Notes: generated by a model from the sequence alone, not told the origin. Shown: positions 1 to 10,429, counted from the first letter of the whole stretch. The stretch: DNA of 63,960 bases, filler included, from Candidatus Fermentibacterota bacterium (GCA_016928395.1; 5 parts of 5 records of this genome joined end to end with filler, not necessarily neighbours in it), one strand, 5' to 3'. Numbers and translations are program-made.

Positions 1-5
1 CTAGT

Positions 6-1352
6 CTAATCTTGCACGGGTTCAAGTTCTACTGATCCCGGAAGTGCTCCCACAACGGTTGCCTCGATCAACGAGCCTTGGCGCGCACAAATGGGAAGAT
101 GGTAATGCCAATCGATGTCAGGGGCGTCAGTCCATGGTCTCACAGTGACCCCTCCGCTGGTGGAGGGTCCATCCACCAAGACCAGGAACTGGCGTCCAAG
201 CATCTGGGCCGCATGCCGCGTCGCCTGGTCCAGCAGTAGATCCTCGGTGGCGGCCAGCCGTCTGCCGACTTCAGCCGCTGGCGGTGCATCGAGACCCGCG
301 GACGGAGTGCCTGGCTGGGGACTATACCTGAACAGACCAACGCGATCGAGGTCGGCCCATTCGAGAAACTTAAGAAGTTGCGTGAAGTCCGAGCGCTTTT
401 CGCCTGGATGGCCAAGGAGAATCGTGGCCCGGAGAATGGCCTGCGGGGCATGGGCTCGTATCCGGTCTATCAGGGGCTCCCAACCGTTTTCCGGCACCGG
501 TCTCCTCATCTGACGCAGTACTCGGGAGCTGGAGTGCTGAAGGGCCAGGTCGAAGTAGGGAAGTACGGGCCGCTGGGTCATGGCGCGGATCACGCTATCG
601 TCCACCTTGCTGGGATGTAGGTAGAGCACCCTGATCCACCGCTCCCCTACCCCCCCGGCGGAACACTCTTGGGCCACTCGATCAAGCAGAGGGGCCAAGC
701 CCCGCATACCCGTGCGATCGTGTCCATACGCAGTGGTATCTTGCGCCACCAGCACCAGCTCTTTGGCCCCACTGCGCAGAAGCGCACGAGCCTCCCGAAG
801 AACTGCGTCTTCCGGCATGCTTCGGGCCGCTCCCCGGATTCTCGGTATCACACAGAAGCCACATCCGCAATCACAACCCTCGGCAATCTTCAGGTAGCGT
901 GTATGCCTTCCCTTCAGCGGGACGCGCGCTGCGGGCGCGAGAAGCGGTGGGGTGGACGAACGATACAGACGCCTCGTGGGGCAATGAGAAAGAGCCTTCA
1001 GAAGTCCCGGCACGCGCGGCCAGTCATTCACTCCCACTATGAGATCGAGCTGCGGGATCTGCCTCGCCAGGGAATCTCCTTCGATCTGGGCGAGACAGCC
1101 TGCGGCTACTATGTGGGTGGCTGCGCCCGCATCCTTGAGTGCGCATGCTGAGAACAGGCCCTCCAGTGATTCCTTCTGGGCGTCTTCGATGAACGCACAG
1201 GTGTTGACTATGAGAAGGTCGGCACCCGTGGGAATGCGCGATCGTCGCCAACCGTGTCGAATCAGGAGCGCCGCCAACATCTCACTGTCCACCTGATTCT
1301 TTGGGCAACCAAAGGTCGTCAGGAAGAAGAGGGGCGCGGACCGTTGTTTCAC
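6..1352 (-). CDS. rimO: Ribosomal protein S12 methylthiotransferase RimO
   Basis: UPF0004 motifs GCPKNQVDSE and VNTCAFI, radical SAM motif KIAEGCDCGCGFCVIP, and a C-terminal TRAM-like region. Start placed at GTG 1352 because the longer ORF overlaps lolA. Confidence 0.93.
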   Translation of the reverse strand: MKQRSAPLFFLTTFGCPKNQVDSEMLAALLIRHGWRRSRIPTGADLLIVNTCAFIEDAQKESLEGLFSACALKDAGAATHIVAAGCLAQIEGDSLARQIPQLDLIVGVNDWPRVPGLLKALSHCPTRRLYRSSTPPLLAPAARVPLKGRHTRYLKIAEGCDCGCGFCVIPRIRGAARSMPEDAVLREARALLRSGAKELVLVAQDTTAYGHDRTGMRGLAPLLDRVAQECSAGGVGERWIRVLYLHPSKVDDSVIRAMTQRPVLPYFDLALQHSSSRVLRQMRRPVPENGWEPLIDRIRAHAPQAILRATILLGHPGEKRSDFTQLLKFLEWADLDRVGLFRYSPQPGTPSAGLDAPPAAEVGRRLAATEDLLLDQATRHAAQMLGRQFLVLVDGPSTSGGVTVRPWTDAPDIDWHYHLPICARQGSLIEATVVGALPGSVELEPVQD

Positions 1353-1369
1353 GCTGACCAGTGGGCGTT

Positions 1370-1993
1370 TCAGTCTAGGGGTACGATCTCCACACCGCGG
1401 GGAATGTCGAGGACAAAGATCCCGTCGATATCCGCGGAAGCGGGTTCTCGATGCCACCGCAGTAGGGAGTACGTCGTGGAGTTTCCGCCGACGTCGACAA
1501 GCCTCGCCCTCCAGGGCCACTGTTCGCCAAAAGGTACGAACGCTTCCACCCTGGTGAACTGGCATTCTCCGCTCTCATCGAGCCACGTAAGCAGTTGACC
1601 GAGGCGGCCTTCCAGCGTGGTGTCGGTGCGGACGGTTGCCGGTTCCACCTTGAGCAGGTGACCCAAAGGGCTGTCACGCCAGGTGAGCTCAGACCCCTGC
1701 TCCTGCACCAATACTTGGCGATTCTCCGGTGCATAGGTCCACAGCCTCGTACCATCGGCCACGATGATCTGACTGTCAGGCTCACCGTAGCATGCCTTGA
1801 ACCGGTTGGGAGGAACAAACCATAGCTCCAGCATTCGGGATATGCTGTCGCCCGTCAAGGGCCACACGATCTCCTGAGTGAGCACAACGTAATTCAGAAG
1901 TGGCTCCTCGATCTGTCTTTCCCACGCCGTCCCCAACGTGTCTCCTGCGACACAACCAGTCAGCGAAATCGCCACGATTATGGCCATTCCCAT
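1370..1993 (-). CDS. lolA: Outer-membrane lipoprotein carrier LolA family protein
   Basis: PPNRFK-x-Y-x-EP-QIIVADGTRLWTYAPENRQV is a LolA-like signature. Has a signal peptide and sits in the usual ftsK-lolA order. Confidence 0.8.
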   Translation of the reverse strand: MGMAIIVAISLTGCVAGDTLGTAWERQIEEPLLNYVVLTQEIVWPLTGDSISRMLELWFVPPNRFKACYGEPDSQIIVADGTRLWTYAPENRQVLVQEQGSELTWRDSPLGHLLKVEPATVRTDTTLEGRLGQLLTWLDESGECQFTRVEAFVPFGEQWPWRARLVDVGGNSTTYSLLRWHREPASADIDGIFVLDIPRGVEIVPLD

Positions 1994-2139
1994 TCAAGAA
2001 CCTCGCCACGCTCGCGGCCGATGGTCGTCAGATGGCACGGGGTTCACGGTCCGCCTCTCCAACCTTCCATGGCATCCGTCTTTGCTCGCTGCTCTATCGC
2101 GCTCCTCCATCATTCCTCTCTTCCCCCACTCCCCTCTCG

Positions 2140-4287
2140 TCAGGACCCAATATTGTCGGTATTCTCAAGCCACGCTGAATCCACGAGAACGTCTCTCGGC
2201 TTGCTTCCCTGCGCAGGTCCCACCACACCCCTATTCTCCAGGATATCCATCAGCCTTCCGGCCCTTGCATAACCCACCTTGAGGCGGCGTTGCAGCAGGG
2301 AGGTACTCCCCTGTCTATTCAGGATAACCAATCGTGCGGCATCCTCCCACAGCGAGTCGTCGTCACCCGGCTCGACCATCTCGCCCAAGTCGATAGTGGT
2401 TGGCACTGGGGGTGCTTTGGGCGGCAATCCCGACGCCGAAGGCGCCCGGTCTCGCGACGCCGGGGCGATCTGAACCTGGCTACGCCAGAAGTCCACCAGC
2501 GACCTGACCTCTTCCGGGGTGATAAACCCGCCGTGCACCCGTTGGGGTCCCGGTGCGCCAGGCGGAAGAAAGAGCATGTCACCCTTGCCCAGGAGCCGTT
2601 CGGCTCCGGGGGAGTCGAGGATGATGGTGGAGTTGACCCGCTGCATGACCTGAAAGGCGATCCTTCCCGGGAAGTTCGACTTCAGCACGCCTGTGACGAT
2701 CTCCTTTGAAGGACGCTGAGTTGCCACAATGAGATGAATGCCTACCGCCCGCGCCTTCTGGGCGATCCGGATGATCACGGCCTCCATCTCTGCCGGAGCG
2801 CTCATCATGAGATCGGCGAGTTCGTCGATCACGACGACGATATAGGGCATCGTATTGCCGTTCTCCGCTTCCTGGGAATGGAACTCGCCGATATCACGCA
2901 TTCCCAGAGTTGAGAGGAGTTCATAGCGCCGTTCCATCTCCTGCGCCGTCCACGTCAGGCTGCGAAGCGCAACCTTCGGGTCGGTGACCACCGGATAGAG
3001 GAGATGGGGTATGCCTTCGTATGTGGTCAACTCGACTCGCTTCGGGTCGATCAAGAGGAATCGAACCAGATGAGGCGTCACTCTGACCAGAAGCCCGCAG
3101 AGAAATGAGTTTATGCAACTGCTCTTACCTGAACCCGTTGTCCCTCCGATGAGCAGATGCGGCAACGTAGAAAGATCGCATGCCACCGGTTCGCCCACGG
3201 CGTCCCGGCCGACCGGAAGCAGAAGCGGCGCATCCGAAGACCGAAACACCGGCGAGCGCATCATGTCGCCCAATCGGACGACGGCTGCCCTACGGTTGGG
3301 CACTTCAACACCGACGACTCCGGTACCTGGGATGGGTGCCACCACGCGGGTCTGCAGAGCCTTGAGGGCCAACGAGATATCGTCTGCCAAGCTTTCGATG
3401 CGGGCCACCTTGATACCGGGAGCCGGTTCCACCTCGAATCGGGTGATGACAGGGCCGGGCACGGCCCGGACAACCTTTGCCGTCACTCCGAAACTCCCCA
3501 GCGCCTCTTCCAGCTTGACCCTTCTGCGCTCGATCTCCTTAGGGTCGACGAACGAATGCATGGGGCCGTCGGCACGCAGCAGCGTGGAGGGTGGAAGCTT
3601 GTAGGGCCATGCGTCGGCCTTTATTCTCGATGGTGTCGGCTCGGGCTCTGATTCGACCACGGGCGAAGGAGTGCGCTCAGCCATTCCTTCCTGAGTGACT
3701 CCCTCCATGAATGGAGCGGGAACTGGAGTGCTGCTCCCTCGAGCCACAGGTCGCTGACGGCGTCGGGGAAGCCGAAGATGCAACTTGAACCCGCCCAGGG
3801 CATGAAAGGGGAGCAAAAGCCCGGCCACGGTGAGCACGATGGTCATGCCAGACGGACCCAAGGCCCGCATCCCGAGGGTCGAGATTCTTACGCCCACCGC
3901 GCCGCCGGCCCATGCCGGAACCGAGCCGATAGGATGCATGGCCAGAGCCGTCGTGAGCACCAAGGTGGCGACCGTCACCATCCCAAGCCAGTACCATAGT
4001 CGCCGCCTGAGGTCCCGCCATACTACGGACATGCCCGCCAATGTGATGAAGACCACCACAGAGAACGCAGGGATACGGCCCAACCCCACTGACAGCAGGT
4101 GCGCGGTTGCGGCCCCGACGATGCCACAGGTGTTCTCGACGCGCACCTTGAGCAATGAGTCACGGCGGAGGTTAAACCAATCCTCATGACGATAGGTAGC
4201 CAGGCTCGCTGACACCAACGCGGCGACCGCCAGAGCCAGAACCAATCGTGCCACGGCGGCCCCGCTCACCACACGGCCCGTGTTCAT
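2140..4287 (-). CDS. ftsK: DNA translocase FtsK
   Basis: N-terminal TM domain, GPVITRFE alpha domain, PHLLIGGTTGSGKS Walker A, VIDELADLMM, and gamma domain SLLQRRLKVGYARAGRLMD. Confidence 0.97.
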   Translation of the reverse strand: MNTGRVVSGAAVARLVLALAVAALVSASLATYRHEDWFNLRRDSLLKVRVENTCGIVGAATAHLLSVGLGRIPAFSVVVFITLAGMSVVWRDLRRRLWYWLGMVTVATLVLTTALAMHPIGSVPAWAGGAVGVRISTLGMRALGPSGMTIVLTVAGLLLPFHALGGFKLHLRLPRRRQRPVARGSSTPVPAPFMEGVTQEGMAERTPSPVVESEPEPTPSRIKADAWPYKLPPSTLLRADGPMHSFVDPKEIERRRVKLEEALGSFGVTAKVVRAVPGPVITRFEVEPAPGIKVARIESLADDISLALKALQTRVVAPIPGTGVVGVEVPNRRAAVVRLGDMMRSPVFRSSDAPLLLPVGRDAVGEPVACDLSTLPHLLIGGTTGSGKSSCINSFLCGLLVRVTPHLVRFLLIDPKRVELTTYEGIPHLLYPVVTDPKVALRSLTWTAQEMERRYELLSTLGMRDIGEFHSQEAENGNTMPYIVVVIDELADLMMSAPAEMEAVIIRIAQKARAVGIHLIVATQRPSKEIVTGVLKSNFPGRIAFQVMQRVNSTIILDSPGAERLLGKGDMLFLPPGAPGPQRVHGGFITPEEVRSLVDFWRSQVQIAPASRDRAPSASGLPPKAPPVPTTIDLGEMVEPGDDDSLWEDAARLVILNRQGSTSLLQRRLKVGYARAGRLMDILENRGVVGPAQGSKPRDVLVDSAWLENTDNIGS

Positions 4288-4402
4288 GCTCCTGCGCCTC
4301 CTAAACCATGCCCGTTTCCCCGGCGCACCACTCCGTGGTCATGAACCCTCTTCCACGCACTCATGTGGCCTGCCCCCCTCGTCCCACAATCCGGCTGTCT
4401 GG

Positions 4403-5080
4403 TCATAGCAGCCCCGCTTCCCGGAAACTGAAGTGCGCCGAGGATCCGATCACCAAATGATCTAGAAGAGCCACCCCGACGGCTGCAAGAGTTGACTTCA
4501 GTTCTCGTGTCAGTCGCACATCGTCCTCCGAGGGTTCCGCGTCGCCGCTGGGATGGTTGTGAACGACCACCACACTCCGCGACTTGGATTCCAGGGCCGC
4601 CTCGGCCACCCGGCGGGGATAGACGACTGCCTGGTCGACAGTTCCCTGCTGCAGTTCGCGCACCTCACGGATCCGGTTCTTCGTATCGAGACACGCGACC
4701 AGGAATCTCTCCTCTCGGTGTCCTCTGAGCCGGGCCCGAAAGTACGCAGCCACGTCCTGGGGACTCCGCAGATAGTCGCCGCCCCGCTCCACAGGGTCCA
4801 TGGATTTCAGAGCCAGAGTGTGAAACAGCTTCAGCAACACCACGCAGACCTCCCCTACCCCATCGACAAGCCGCAACTCGCTGGGCTCGGCTTCAAGCAC
4901 CGCAGTGGTAGTGCCGAAACGCTGGAGCAGCCTCTTTGCCACAGACTTCGTGTCCTTCCTCGGAATAGCAAACGAAAGCGCAAGCTCCAGGAGTTCATGG
5001 GAGGCAAAATCCGAACCCAACCCATGGAGAAAACGCGTCCGCAATCGACTCCGATGGCCCTTCGCCAACGCATTATCCAC
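4403..5080 (-). CDS. radC: RadC/JAB domain protein (full length with HhH N-terminus)
   Basis: GHRSRLR N-terminus and JAB motifs VHNHPSGDAEPSEDD and LLDHLVIG. Confidence 0.93.
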   Translation of the reverse strand: MDNALAKGHRSRLRTRFLHGLGSDFASHELLELALSFAIPRKDTKSVAKRLLQRFGTTTAVLEAEPSELRLVDGVGEVCVVLLKLFHTLALKSMDPVERGGDYLRSPQDVAAYFRARLRGHREERFLVACLDTKNRIREVRELQQGTVDQAVVYPRRVAEAALESKSRSVVVVHNHPSGDAEPSEDDVRLTRELKSTLAAVGVALLDHLVIGSSAHFSFREAGLL

Positions 5081-5085
5081 GCTGT

Positions 5086-6372
5086 CTACCTCCGCCGAGT
5101 GAGTAGGGCGACGCTCTCAACGTGGGCCGTATGAGGAAAGAGGTCAAATGGAATGACTCGAACCAGGTCGTATCCCCCCTTCTGCAGCCTGGCAACATCA
5201 CGGGCCTGGGTCGCCGGGTCACAGGACACATACACTATCGAGCGGGCGGCCATGGCGGCCGCTGCCTCAAGGTCTCGGGGCAAGAGGCCATCCCGTGGGG
5301 GATCCATCAGCATTACATCCGGTCGGGAGGGAAGCGCTCCTCGGCATCGAAGGGATGCCAGGGTTCCCCGATGAAAACGCACGTGATCCAACCCGGCTCG
5401 CCGGGCATTGGCGATTCCCCGTTCACAGGACCGGCGGGCAATCTCCGCACAGATAACCTGCTCGTAGGGCGGGGCAAGACACAATGAGGGCCATCCCACA
5501 CCGGCGTGCCCATCCACCAGCACCGCCCCGCCAGGAGCCAGCGCCTCCAATGTCCCCACCATGCTCTCGAGTTGCGCAGAATTGACCTGGAAAAACGTCC
5601 CTGCCTCCACGTCAAAGGAGACACCTCGGCACAGGTATGACACGGTCTCCCGTTCTCCCCCAGCCGCAACACGGACGTGGGGCAGTGCAGCGGCAAGCTG
5701 CGCAAGGCGTTTCGCAGGGGTCCGCGAATGAGCCACCACCAACGGCGAATCTTCCTGTCCGACCCTGAGCATCATACGAAACGGCTCCTCATGGGTCACC
5801 GAGTGCGCCCACATGCGCACCGCAGGCCATGCCTCCTGAAGGCGTGGCTCCAAGACCGGGCACTCCGGCACGTCGACAATGTCGTGAGAGTGCGCCCTCA
5901 AAAATCCAACCCTTCCGTCGCCCACGTGGATGCTCGCCTTGTTGCGGTATCCCACAGTAACCGGGCTTGCGGTCACCTCGTCGACGGCGGCATCCATTCG
6001 CCCTATCCGGCGAAACGCGTCTTCGACCCAGTGGCGTTTCAGTGCCCGTTGTGCCTCATACGAGAGGTGCTGCAACTGGCAGCCACCGCACCGACCGAAC
6101 AGCGGACAAAACGGCGTCACGCGTTCAGGCCCGGGCTCCTGTACTTCTATCACCTGGCCCACGGAATAGCGCGCCCCTTCGCGCTCGATCCGATACGCGA
6201 CTCGATCGCCTGGCGCCGTCAAGGGTAGAAACACAACCTTTCCGCCCACGCGCGCCACACCGATCCCTCTATTGGCGATGCCCGTGACAGTTGCGACGCC
6301 TTCGGCCCTTGACGAGGCACCATCGGAGGCGGCATGTTCATGCGTTGCCGATTTGAACCGAGGAGCGTTCAT
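5086..6372 (-). CDS. rlmD: 23S rRNA (uracil-5)-methyltransferase, RlmD/TrmA family
   Basis: TRAM domain, CPLFGRCGGCQLQH Fe-S motif, FFQVN, DPPRDG, YVSCDPAT and DLFPHTAHVE. Start uncertain (ATG 6372 or 6387). Confidence 0.88.
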   Translation of the reverse strand: MNAPRFKSATHEHAASDGASSRAEGVATVTGIANRGIGVARVGGKVVFLPLTAPGDRVAYRIEREGARYSVGQVIEVQEPGPERVTPFCPLFGRCGGCQLQHLSYEAQRALKRHWVEDAFRRIGRMDAAVDEVTASPVTVGYRNKASIHVGDGRVGFLRAHSHDIVDVPECPVLEPRLQEAWPAVRMWAHSVTHEEPFRMMLRVGQEDSPLVVAHSRTPAKRLAQLAAALPHVRVAAGGERETVSYLCRGVSFDVEAGTFFQVNSAQLESMVGTLEALAPGGAVLVDGHAGVGWPSLCLAPPYEQVICAEIARRSCERGIANARRAGLDHVRFHRGTLASLRCRGALPSRPDVMLMDPPRDGLLPRDLEAAAAMAARSIVYVSCDPATQARDVARLQKGGYDLVRVIPFDLFPHTAHVESVALLTRRR

Positions 6373-6373
6373 C

Positions 6374-8224
6374 GTGTCTCCACTCATGAGTTTACTTGAC
6401 GACGATCAGGTCGTAGTGTTCGACGGCGCCATGGGGACCATGCTGTACAGCAAGGGCGTGCCGCTCAACCACTGCTATGACGAACTATGCCTCTCCAACC
6501 CCGCTCTCGTGCGCGACATCCATCGGCAGTACATCCGCGCCGGCGCGCAAGTGGTCGAGACCAACTCATTCGGGGCCAATCGATACAAGTTGGCGAAACA
6601 TGAGCTAAACGACAAGGTGGCGGCTATCAACCGGCGGGCCGTGGAGTTGGCCCGCGCCGAGGCCGCCGCCGCCCTGGTCGCCGGAGCCATTGGTCCTCTG
6701 GGATTGAAGATTGAGCCGTGGGGGCCCACGAGCATCGAAGAAGCCAGGGACGCGTTCGGAGAGCAGGCTGCTGCCCTGTATGAAGGCGGTGTAGACCTTT
6801 TCGTTCTGGAGACCTTCAGTGACCTCAACGAAATCCACCAGGCTCTTCAAGCCGTCAGAGGCATGTGCACCTTACCCGTGGTTGCACAGATGACCGTGCA
6901 GGAAGATTGCACCAGTCTCTACGGCACGACGCCGGAAGTGTTCTGCCAGCGTTTGGACGCGTGGGGAGCCGATATTATCGGCATCAACTGCTCCGTGGGG
7001 CCGCATACCATGTTGGCGACCCTGGAGAGAATGGTTCGGGTGACCCATCGTACACTCTCGGTACAGCCAAATGCCGGCGTGCCGCGAAACGTGGAGGGTC
7101 GAAACATCTACCTGGCATCGCCTGAGTACATGGCCGAGTACGCCCGGCGATTCATTCTCACAGGCGCCAGGGTAGTGGGCGGATGCTGCGGTACAACCCC
7201 TGTCCACATTCGCGCCATCGCCAATGCTGTCAAGGCCCTACGCCCACGCCGGGTTGTCACGAGTACGACGGTGCTCCCCCGCGAACATGCCGAGATCCCC
7301 GCCGCAGCAGAGGTCCCACGTCCTCGCAAGAGTCCCTTGGCCTCCAGGCTATCCTCCGGGGAGTTCGTCTACTGCGTGGAGTTGGTTCCTCCCAGGGGTC
7401 ATTTGCTAGCCAAGCTCGTGGACCGCGCCCGGATGCTCAAAGACGCCGGTATTGACGCGGTCAACATACCGGACGGCCCTCGGGCCTCGGCCCGCATGGC
7501 GCCTCTTGCCCTGGCGGTGCTGCTGAAGAACAGCGTGGGCATGGAGACCATCCTCCACTATGCGTGCCGCGACCGGAATCTTGTGGGCATGCAGTCGGAT
7601 CTGATCGGAGCGTTTGCTTTGGGGCTTCGCAACCTGCTTGTCGTCACCGGTGACCCGCCGAAGCTGGGAGACTATCCCGACGCCACTGCCGTATTCGATG
7701 TAGATTCCATCGGGCTCACGAACATGGTGAGACGGCTGAACAGGGGCCTTGATTTAGGCGGCAACTCCATCGGTGATCCCACGGCCTTCCACATCGGTGT
7801 GGGTGTGAATCCCGGTGCGGTCGATGTGGAATTTGAATTGCGCAGGTTTGCCTACAAGGTCGAAGCCGGAGCGGAGTTCGCCATTACGCAGCCGATCTAT
7901 GATCCCGACCTCCTCGAGACCTTTGTCCGACGCATTGGTGGGTTTGGCATTGATCTCGTCGCGGGTATCTGGCCTTTGGTCTCGCTCCGCAATGCCGAGT
8001 TCATGAACAATGAGGTGCCCGGTGCCAAGGTGCCTGCGACCGTCATGGAACGGATGGCCCGCGCGGAGACTCGGGGAGTTGCGGCGGACGAGGGAGTAGC
8101 CATCGCCCGGGAGGTTTTGGCACGGATCCGACCCATGATCAAAGGAGTTCAGGTGGCTGCGCCCTTTGGCCGGATTGACTTGGCTCTCGCCGTGCTCGGC
8201 CGGTCCCCACAACATGAGGGTTGA
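6374..8224 (+). CDS. yitJ: Bifunctional homocysteine S-methyltransferase / methylenetetrahydrofolate reductase
   Basis: DGAMGTML, NCSVGP and GGCCGTTP (Hcy methyltransferase) followed by ELVPPRG, DRNLVGMQSDL and TQPIYD (MTHFR). AGGAG at 6361 precedes GTG 6374; ATG 6386 is the alternative start. Confidence 0.92.
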   Translation: MSPLMSLLDDDQVVVFDGAMGTMLYSKGVPLNHCYDELCLSNPALVRDIHRQYIRAGAQVVETNSFGANRYKLAKHELNDKVAAINRRAVELARAEAAAALVAGAIGPLGLKIEPWGPTSIEEARDAFGEQAAALYEGGVDLFVLETFSDLNEIHQALQAVRGMCTLPVVAQMTVQEDCTSLYGTTPEVFCQRLDAWGADIIGINCSVGPHTMLATLERMVRVTHRTLSVQPNAGVPRNVEGRNIYLASPEYMAEYARRFILTGARVVGGCCGTTPVHIRAIANAVKALRPRRVVTSTTVLPREHAEIPAAAEVPRPRKSPLASRLSSGEFVYCVELVPPRGHLLAKLVDRARMLKDAGIDAVNIPDGPRASARMAPLALAVLLKNSVGMETILHYACRDRNLVGMQSDLIGAFALGLRNLLVVTGDPPKLGDYPDATAVFDVDSIGLTNMVRRLNRGLDLGGNSIGDPTAFHIGVGVNPGAVDVEFELRRFAYKVEAGAEFAITQPIYDPDLLETFVRRIGGFGIDLVAGIWPLVSLRNAEFMNNEVPGAKVPATVMERMARAETRGVAADEGVAIAREVLARIRPMIKGVQVAAPFGRIDLALAVLGRSPQHEG

Positions 8225-8297
8225 CGCCGGCGCCGAACGCCTCTACATAGGTTCCCTGGGCAGTCACAACCGGTTGCTTTTCCCGATGGAGGTGCGT

Positions 8298-10418
8298 ATG
8301 CGTTGGGTATCCCTCACCGTGCTTGCGTTTCTGGTCGCGTCAAACGCCGTTTCGGCCGGCGTTTCACCCGGAGGGCTGCGGGGCCTGATCGAGACCCTTG
8401 ATGCCGGCAATGACGGCACTGGCACGCTCACCTTAGGGTTCCATGGGCTGTATAGGTCTCAGAAGCTCACACTTCTGAACGAGCAGGAGCGTTACCACCA
8501 GGGCCAGTTTCGTCTCAGTGTGACCTATGCCTTGGCCACCTATGTGGAATTTGGCGCATTCGTGCCGTACCACATGACCTATCTTTCTGGCCGGGGCGAT
8601 GTCGACAGCGACGCCAACGATTTTGAGAGTGGCTTTGGGGATCTGGAGACGCGGGCAAAGCTCACCATTCCATTCGGACCCAACGAGGCGATCCGCCTCG
8701 GCGGGATGGGATTCTATCGTTTCACCACCGGCGATGAGGACAAGGGCTACGGGAGTGATGATCCGGTCATGGGCGGCATGGGGCTGCTCACTTTCGATCT
8801 CGCCGATATACCCGGCACCGCGCCCATCCGGTTGCACGCGAACGCGGGGGTGGAGAAGTACAAGGACGTCGAACCTGCCGACGGCCTCCCTTCGATTGAG
8901 GACAACGATATCCTTCGCCTTTCGGCCGCCGTGGAGTTCCCAACGCCGGCCATGTCGTTCTTCCTAGAATGGTCCACGGATCAACTCTTCGAGCAGGGTG
9001 ATCTCGGTTTCTCCGACTCCCCCATGCGGCTCACGCCCGGCGTGCGCTTTGGCGGGCAGGGGGAGAGCTACCTTGATATTGGTGTACGTATCGGCCTCAA
9101 TGGCGATGATGCCCTCTACAAAGCCCCTGATTGGGAGTTGGTCGTATCATTGGGTACTCCTTCGCTCATGGCCACGCGTGACCGGGATGGCGACGGCGTG
9201 GCGGATGAACACGATCTCTGCCCAGACACGCCAAGTGGCGCGATAGTCGATGCCAACGGGTGTCCCACGGATTCGGATCTCGACGGCGTCTATGACGGCC
9301 TCGACCGTTGCCCCGGGACACCTCGGGGAGCTATCGTTGACATCTGGGGATGCCCGACCGACAGCGACGGCGACGGTGTGCCAGACGGCATGGATAAGTG
9401 CCCCGACTCACCGCCGGGTGCGCTCGTGGATCGTACCGGCTGCCCCCAAGACAGTGACGGCGACGGTGTGCCAGACGGCATGGACCGCTGCCCCGACACG
9501 CCCCGCGGCGCCAGGGTGGATGAGTTTGGCTGTTCGGAGGATAGCGACGGCGACGGTGTACCCGATGGCATCGACAAGTGCCCCGAAACACCCCCCAACG
9601 CGCCGGTAGATCGGTCTGGCTGTCCCCTCGATTCCGATGGCGACGGTGTGCCCGATGGCATCGACAAATGCCCCGAAACCCGCCCGAATACCGTGGTGGA
9701 TGAACGGGGATGTCCCATTGACGAAGATTCTGATGGCGTGCCCGACGGCGTGGATCGGTGCCCAGGAACGCCGTATGGAGTCAAGGTCGACGGCTTCGGC
9801 TGTCCACTGGATTCCGACGGAGACGGCGTATACGACGGATTGGATCGGTGCCCGGATACGCCCTATGGAGTCAAGGTCGCTGCCAATGGCTGCCCCCTGG
9901 ACGAGGATAAGGATGGCGTGCCCGACGGGCTGGATCTCTGCCCGGATACGCCGTACGGCGCCGTGGTTGACCGCAACGGCTGCCCCCTGGATTCCGATGG
10001 CGATGGAGTGTATGATGGGCTGGACAAGTGCCCCAACACCACGCCGGGGGTGAAAGTAAACAAGTGGGGATGCCCGGAGCGAACACGCCTGGAGGGCGTC
10101 ACTTTCGCGTACAATAGCGCCGAGCTGAATCCCGAGGCATTGCCGGTGCTCGACAAGGCTGGTCAGCTTCTGGTGGATATACCCGAGATGAAGGTTCGCA
10201 TCGAGGGCCACACCGACTCCGACGGCTCCGATGCCTACAATCTTGACCTGAGCCAGCGTCGGGCGGAATCCGTCCGAGCCTATCTCACCAAGAGGTTCAG
10301 CATCGACCCGATGCGCATCGATGCTCGGGGCTTTGGAGAGTCGGTGCCCATCGCCAGCAATGCCACGCCGGAGGGGAAGGCCCTCAATAGGCGGGTGGAG
10401 TTCGTGACCGTAGACTAG
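8298..10418 (+). CDS. OmpA-family outer membrane protein with thrombospondin type 3 repeats
   Basis: GGAGG then ATG 8298, signal peptide, beta-strand-rich N-domain, 10 DxDGDGVxDxxDxCP repeats, and C-terminal OmpA motifs IEGHTDS, NLDLSQRRA and NRRVEF. Confidence 0.92.
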   Translation: MRWVSLTVLAFLVASNAVSAGVSPGGLRGLIETLDAGNDGTGTLTLGFHGLYRSQKLTLLNEQERYHQGQFRLSVTYALATYVEFGAFVPYHMTYLSGRGDVDSDANDFESGFGDLETRAKLTIPFGPNEAIRLGGMGFYRFTTGDEDKGYGSDDPVMGGMGLLTFDLADIPGTAPIRLHANAGVEKYKDVEPADGLPSIEDNDILRLSAAVEFPTPAMSFFLEWSTDQLFEQGDLGFSDSPMRLTPGVRFGGQGESYLDIGVRIGLNGDDALYKAPDWELVVSLGTPSLMATRDRDGDGVADEHDLCPDTPSGAIVDANGCPTDSDLDGVYDGLDRCPGTPRGAIVDIWGCPTDSDGDGVPDGMDKCPDSPPGALVDRTGCPQDSDGDGVPDGMDRCPDTPRGARVDEFGCSEDSDGDGVPDGIDKCPETPPNAPVDRSGCPLDSDGDGVPDGIDKCPETRPNTVVDERGCPIDEDSDGVPDGVDRCPGTPYGVKVDGFGCPLDSDGDGVYDGLDRCPDTPYGVKVAANGCPLDEDKDGVPDGLDLCPDTPYGAVVDRNGCPLDSDGDGVYDGLDKCPNTTPGVKVNKWGCPERTRLEGVTFAYNSAELNPEALPVLDKAGQLLVDIPEMKVRIEGHTDSDGSDAYNLDLSQRRAESVRAYLTKRFSIDPMRIDARGFGESVPIASNATPEGKALNRRVEFVTVD
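9180..10079 (+). repeat. Intragenic tandem repeat, 10 x 90 nt (TSP3-like 30-aa units)
   Basis: Counted ten 30-aa units from DRDGDGV... to ...WGCPE. Confidence 0.92.
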
Positions 10419-10429
10419 TCGCACGCACG

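Noticed and set aside
4403-5080. radC as a marker of a mobile element
   Set aside because: Full-length chromosomal type among housekeeping genes, with no integrase or other mobile genes nearby.
9180-10079. Regular 90-nt repeats as a possible CRISPR array
   Set aside because: In-frame coding TSP3 repeats with wobble variation, no unique spacers and no cas genes.
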